Positions 63,395 through 64,000 of a stretch of 64,000 nucleotides of DNA are shown here, one piece after another. Under the pieces are notes generated by a model that saw only the letters and a list, made by a program, of their open reading frames with translations, searched no databases and was not told where the DNA came from. Each line of letters opens with the position of its first letter. The first letter of the stretch is position 1. The stretch is taken from NCBI RefSeq assembly GCF_044704955.1, contig NC_091987.1, positions 188,852,001-188,916,000 on the forward strand, given 5' to 3'. A program made the position numbers and the translations under genes. The DNA is from Pristiophorus japonicus. Its lineage: Eukaryota.

Positions 63395-63532
63395 TATCGG
63401 GTTTCAGTTCAGATGAAGGGTTACACCCAAAACACTAACTTGCCTTTTCTCTGCCTTGATGTAGATTAGCGTGCTGTATATTACCAGCATTTTTTGTTTT
63501 TGTTCCAGATTTTGAGCATTTGCAGTTTTTTT
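63395..63532 (+). mobile_element. Penelope-like element terminal repeat remnant (probably extends to about 62045, split by the MITE)
   Basis: ttcagatgaagggttacacccaaaac..ccagcattttttgtttttgttccagat..gcatttgcag; a minus-strand relative lies at about 20860-20960. Confidence 0.55.
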
Positions 63533-64000
63533 AAATAAATAAAAGCATTATTTATTCTATTTTTATAACATAGCTATAAAAATTACCATAAATCAGCATG
63601 CAACATAATTGCATGACTGGAAGGTGATGAGAAACCAGTCTTGTTAACTGTATTATCAGATAACTAGTATTGAAAAAAGGGGAAGGATGCACAACAGTGT
63701 AGATCTTGAATTTTTCTCATGTTGGTCAAATTAGAATAAAATATCTTGTAAGCTGCAGTTAGAAAAGCAGAGTGATTACATTAATATTTATAGGTCTAAC
63801 TCATTATAAGGATATTAGTGAATAATATGTATCAGTTCCCAACTTGCACGTATACTTTCTGTAGCCTGTTGTAATATTTATGAGATATCCTTACTGTGTC
63901 TCTTGTGCTGTACTTCCAGCATGTTTATGCATAAATTTGGGCTTGCAATAACTCTTTGTGAAGGTATATGGGAAAACATGGGTGACAGCCACAACTTCTG

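Overview
This is vertebrate genomic DNA. The repeat content (CR1/HER1-type LINEs, DeuSINE, L2, RTE, small Gypsy, Penelope remnants) points to a cartilaginous fish; that is an inference. Most of the window is nested transposable elements, and there are two N-runs. One host gene can be assembled by hand on the + strand from canonical GT-AG, all-phase-1 exons: leader 15601-15649, germline-joined VJ-type Ig domain 16310-16657, C1-like Ig domain 29920-30222, C2/I-type Ig domain 33558-33878, uncharged TM 34436-34537, and a probable short tail 34718-34746 (about 383 aa). It is a non-rearranging VJ-C1-C2/I immune-receptor-like gene with a YPP loop ahead of its GQGT J-motif. Upstream lies an IRF-E/PU.1/RUNX/GC-box promoter cluster. 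Other notable items: a complete but inactivated Gypsy element with a 5-bp TSD, nested in an older LTR; a solo LTR with periodic CCAAT boxes; a Bov-A-like bipartite RTE derivative; and a family of Harbinger-like MITEs alongside a decayed Myb/SANT-encoding element. All family names come from motif recognition, not database searches, and TE boundaries without a TSD or TIR are approximate.
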